DNA of 64,000 nt from Tubiluchus corallicola (Eukaryota > Animalia > Priapulida), in NCBI GenBank assembly GCA_030141605.1, contig JAQGDQ010002372.1, forward strand, positions 558,001 to 622,000, in the 5' to 3' direction. A program made the position numbers and the translations under genes. The stretch's first letter is position 1. Every line of letters begins with the position of its first letter. Below are positions 62,587 to 64,000 of this stretch, piece after piece. Under the pieces are notes generated by a model. That model saw nothing but the letters and a program-made list of their open reading frames with translations, ran no database searches and was not told where the DNA came from.

Positions 62587-64000
62587 GTAGTTTAACACTT
62601 CTAACTAACCGGGATAACATTAACCGATCACTGAAATAAAAACGCTGTAGTTTTCGGCGCCCTTCTAGGGGAAAGGGAGCAGAAGACCGTATGGTCGTTC
62701 CCTTTCCCCACATTATTTAAATATTTACTTGTCAACTGACTACGATCTGCATATCTTGTTATGTGTGAAATAAAAGTTCTTATGTCTTCTCTAAACTTTG
62801 TAACTCATTGTTATATACTATCTGTGATTGTTATTCTGAAGGTAAAAAAACTAAATTATTAACATTTCCTCAACTTAAGCACATCGAAAACTGTTAAGGC
62901 AGTTTTTGTGGTCTTTATAATTTTTATTTATGTTGGCACATGAAGGGTGTATACTATAGCATTGCACAAAGTTATGTAGATGAGCATTAGTGGGCTAAAT
63001 ATAAAGGAAGTTTATGCCGTTGTCATGGTACCGAGTTAGGCCACCTTAACTTGGAAGTAATTCAGGTTGGTAAAATAGTTTACTGTTTAGTTTAGTTTAG
63101 TTTATTCTGAATAAGGCTACAGGAATGCAACAACATTGACAGCAGTAACTACATAAAACATTGGCTTAGCACTGATTCACTATGTAACTGTCACTTACCT
63201 GATTTACCATTTGAATCTTGAATTCTTCCTGTTAGTATTACTATAAAGGAAGAGTATAATTATTAGACGCTCTATATATATTAAACAGAATATAAAATGC
63301 TCCCGAATATCAGATGCATGCAACTAGAGTGCAAAAAATATAAGATGCATCACTGTTCAACAGTTAAGTCGTAAGGAGTGCCTGAACTGAATTATGTACG
63401 TTAAATAAGTGTGTCAGAGTGGCATTAAAGCCTTTTTTCTTATTGCAAGTTTTTGGTTCAATTTTTTTTACTTTAAAGAGTAAACTTTATACTTTTTATT
63501 GTAAAAAGGCTTACTGTTGCTTACAGTTAACTGTGCTAATGCTGCTGAAGATATTGACCACAAATTGTTTTGCTGGATTCAGTGTGAAATAATTGTCAAT
63601 TAAGCTTTTCTAGTTATTCACATATCCTGAATTTCCATTTTGTGAGGATCATTTTGATACCAAGCTCATCACTCTATGTTATTTCTATGCTGAGATAATT
63701 CACATTGAAGATGAAGTGTAGGCTGCGCACTGAAAAACTTAATCTTGAGAAAATCGCTTTTAAAGTTAGCCATTGTTTTTTATCACGTTTCTGCAAAACA
63801 CTTAGCAACCGCACAAATGTTGGTTGCTATGGACTTTGCAAGAACACATTGAAGTTATGTTTTAATCCAGTAGATGGCACTTCCTGATTAAGATCTGGGC
63901 TTCGCAACAAAAAAAACCCGAAGCAAAATGGCTGCTTCCACAAGCTACTATCAGAGTTTCAAAATACAAGTTTTTTACAATTGCATTACTAGTTTCTAGC

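Overview
AT-rich, intron-rich eukaryotic DNA, most likely an invertebrate animal; most ORF-track entries are exon fragments or noise. All exon calls are by hand. The left 48 kb is a minus-strand tandem array of white-like ABCG half-transporters. It has three complete 19-exon genes (WB 8866-19447, WC 21848-31512, WE 37231-48433), the 5' end of a fourth running off the left edge (WA), and two relics (psiD at 33.0-35.3 kb and an orphan last exon at 3.5 kb). WB and WC come from a ~12-13 kb tandem duplication whose junction lies in a MITE. The most striking feature is in WB: the half-exon encoding the substrate-pocket helix TM2 has been replaced in frame by sequence matching the relic psiD, with the old half-exon left behind and its splice donor dead. 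WB also carries further derived membrane-domain substitutions. Right of the array are a four-exon plus-strand gene for a 113-aa secreted PAN/apple-like protein not assembled by the ORF track, a complete PSMB3 gene (minus), and MOB4 exon 1 (plus). There are also non-autonomous transposons, a LINE relic and microsatellites.
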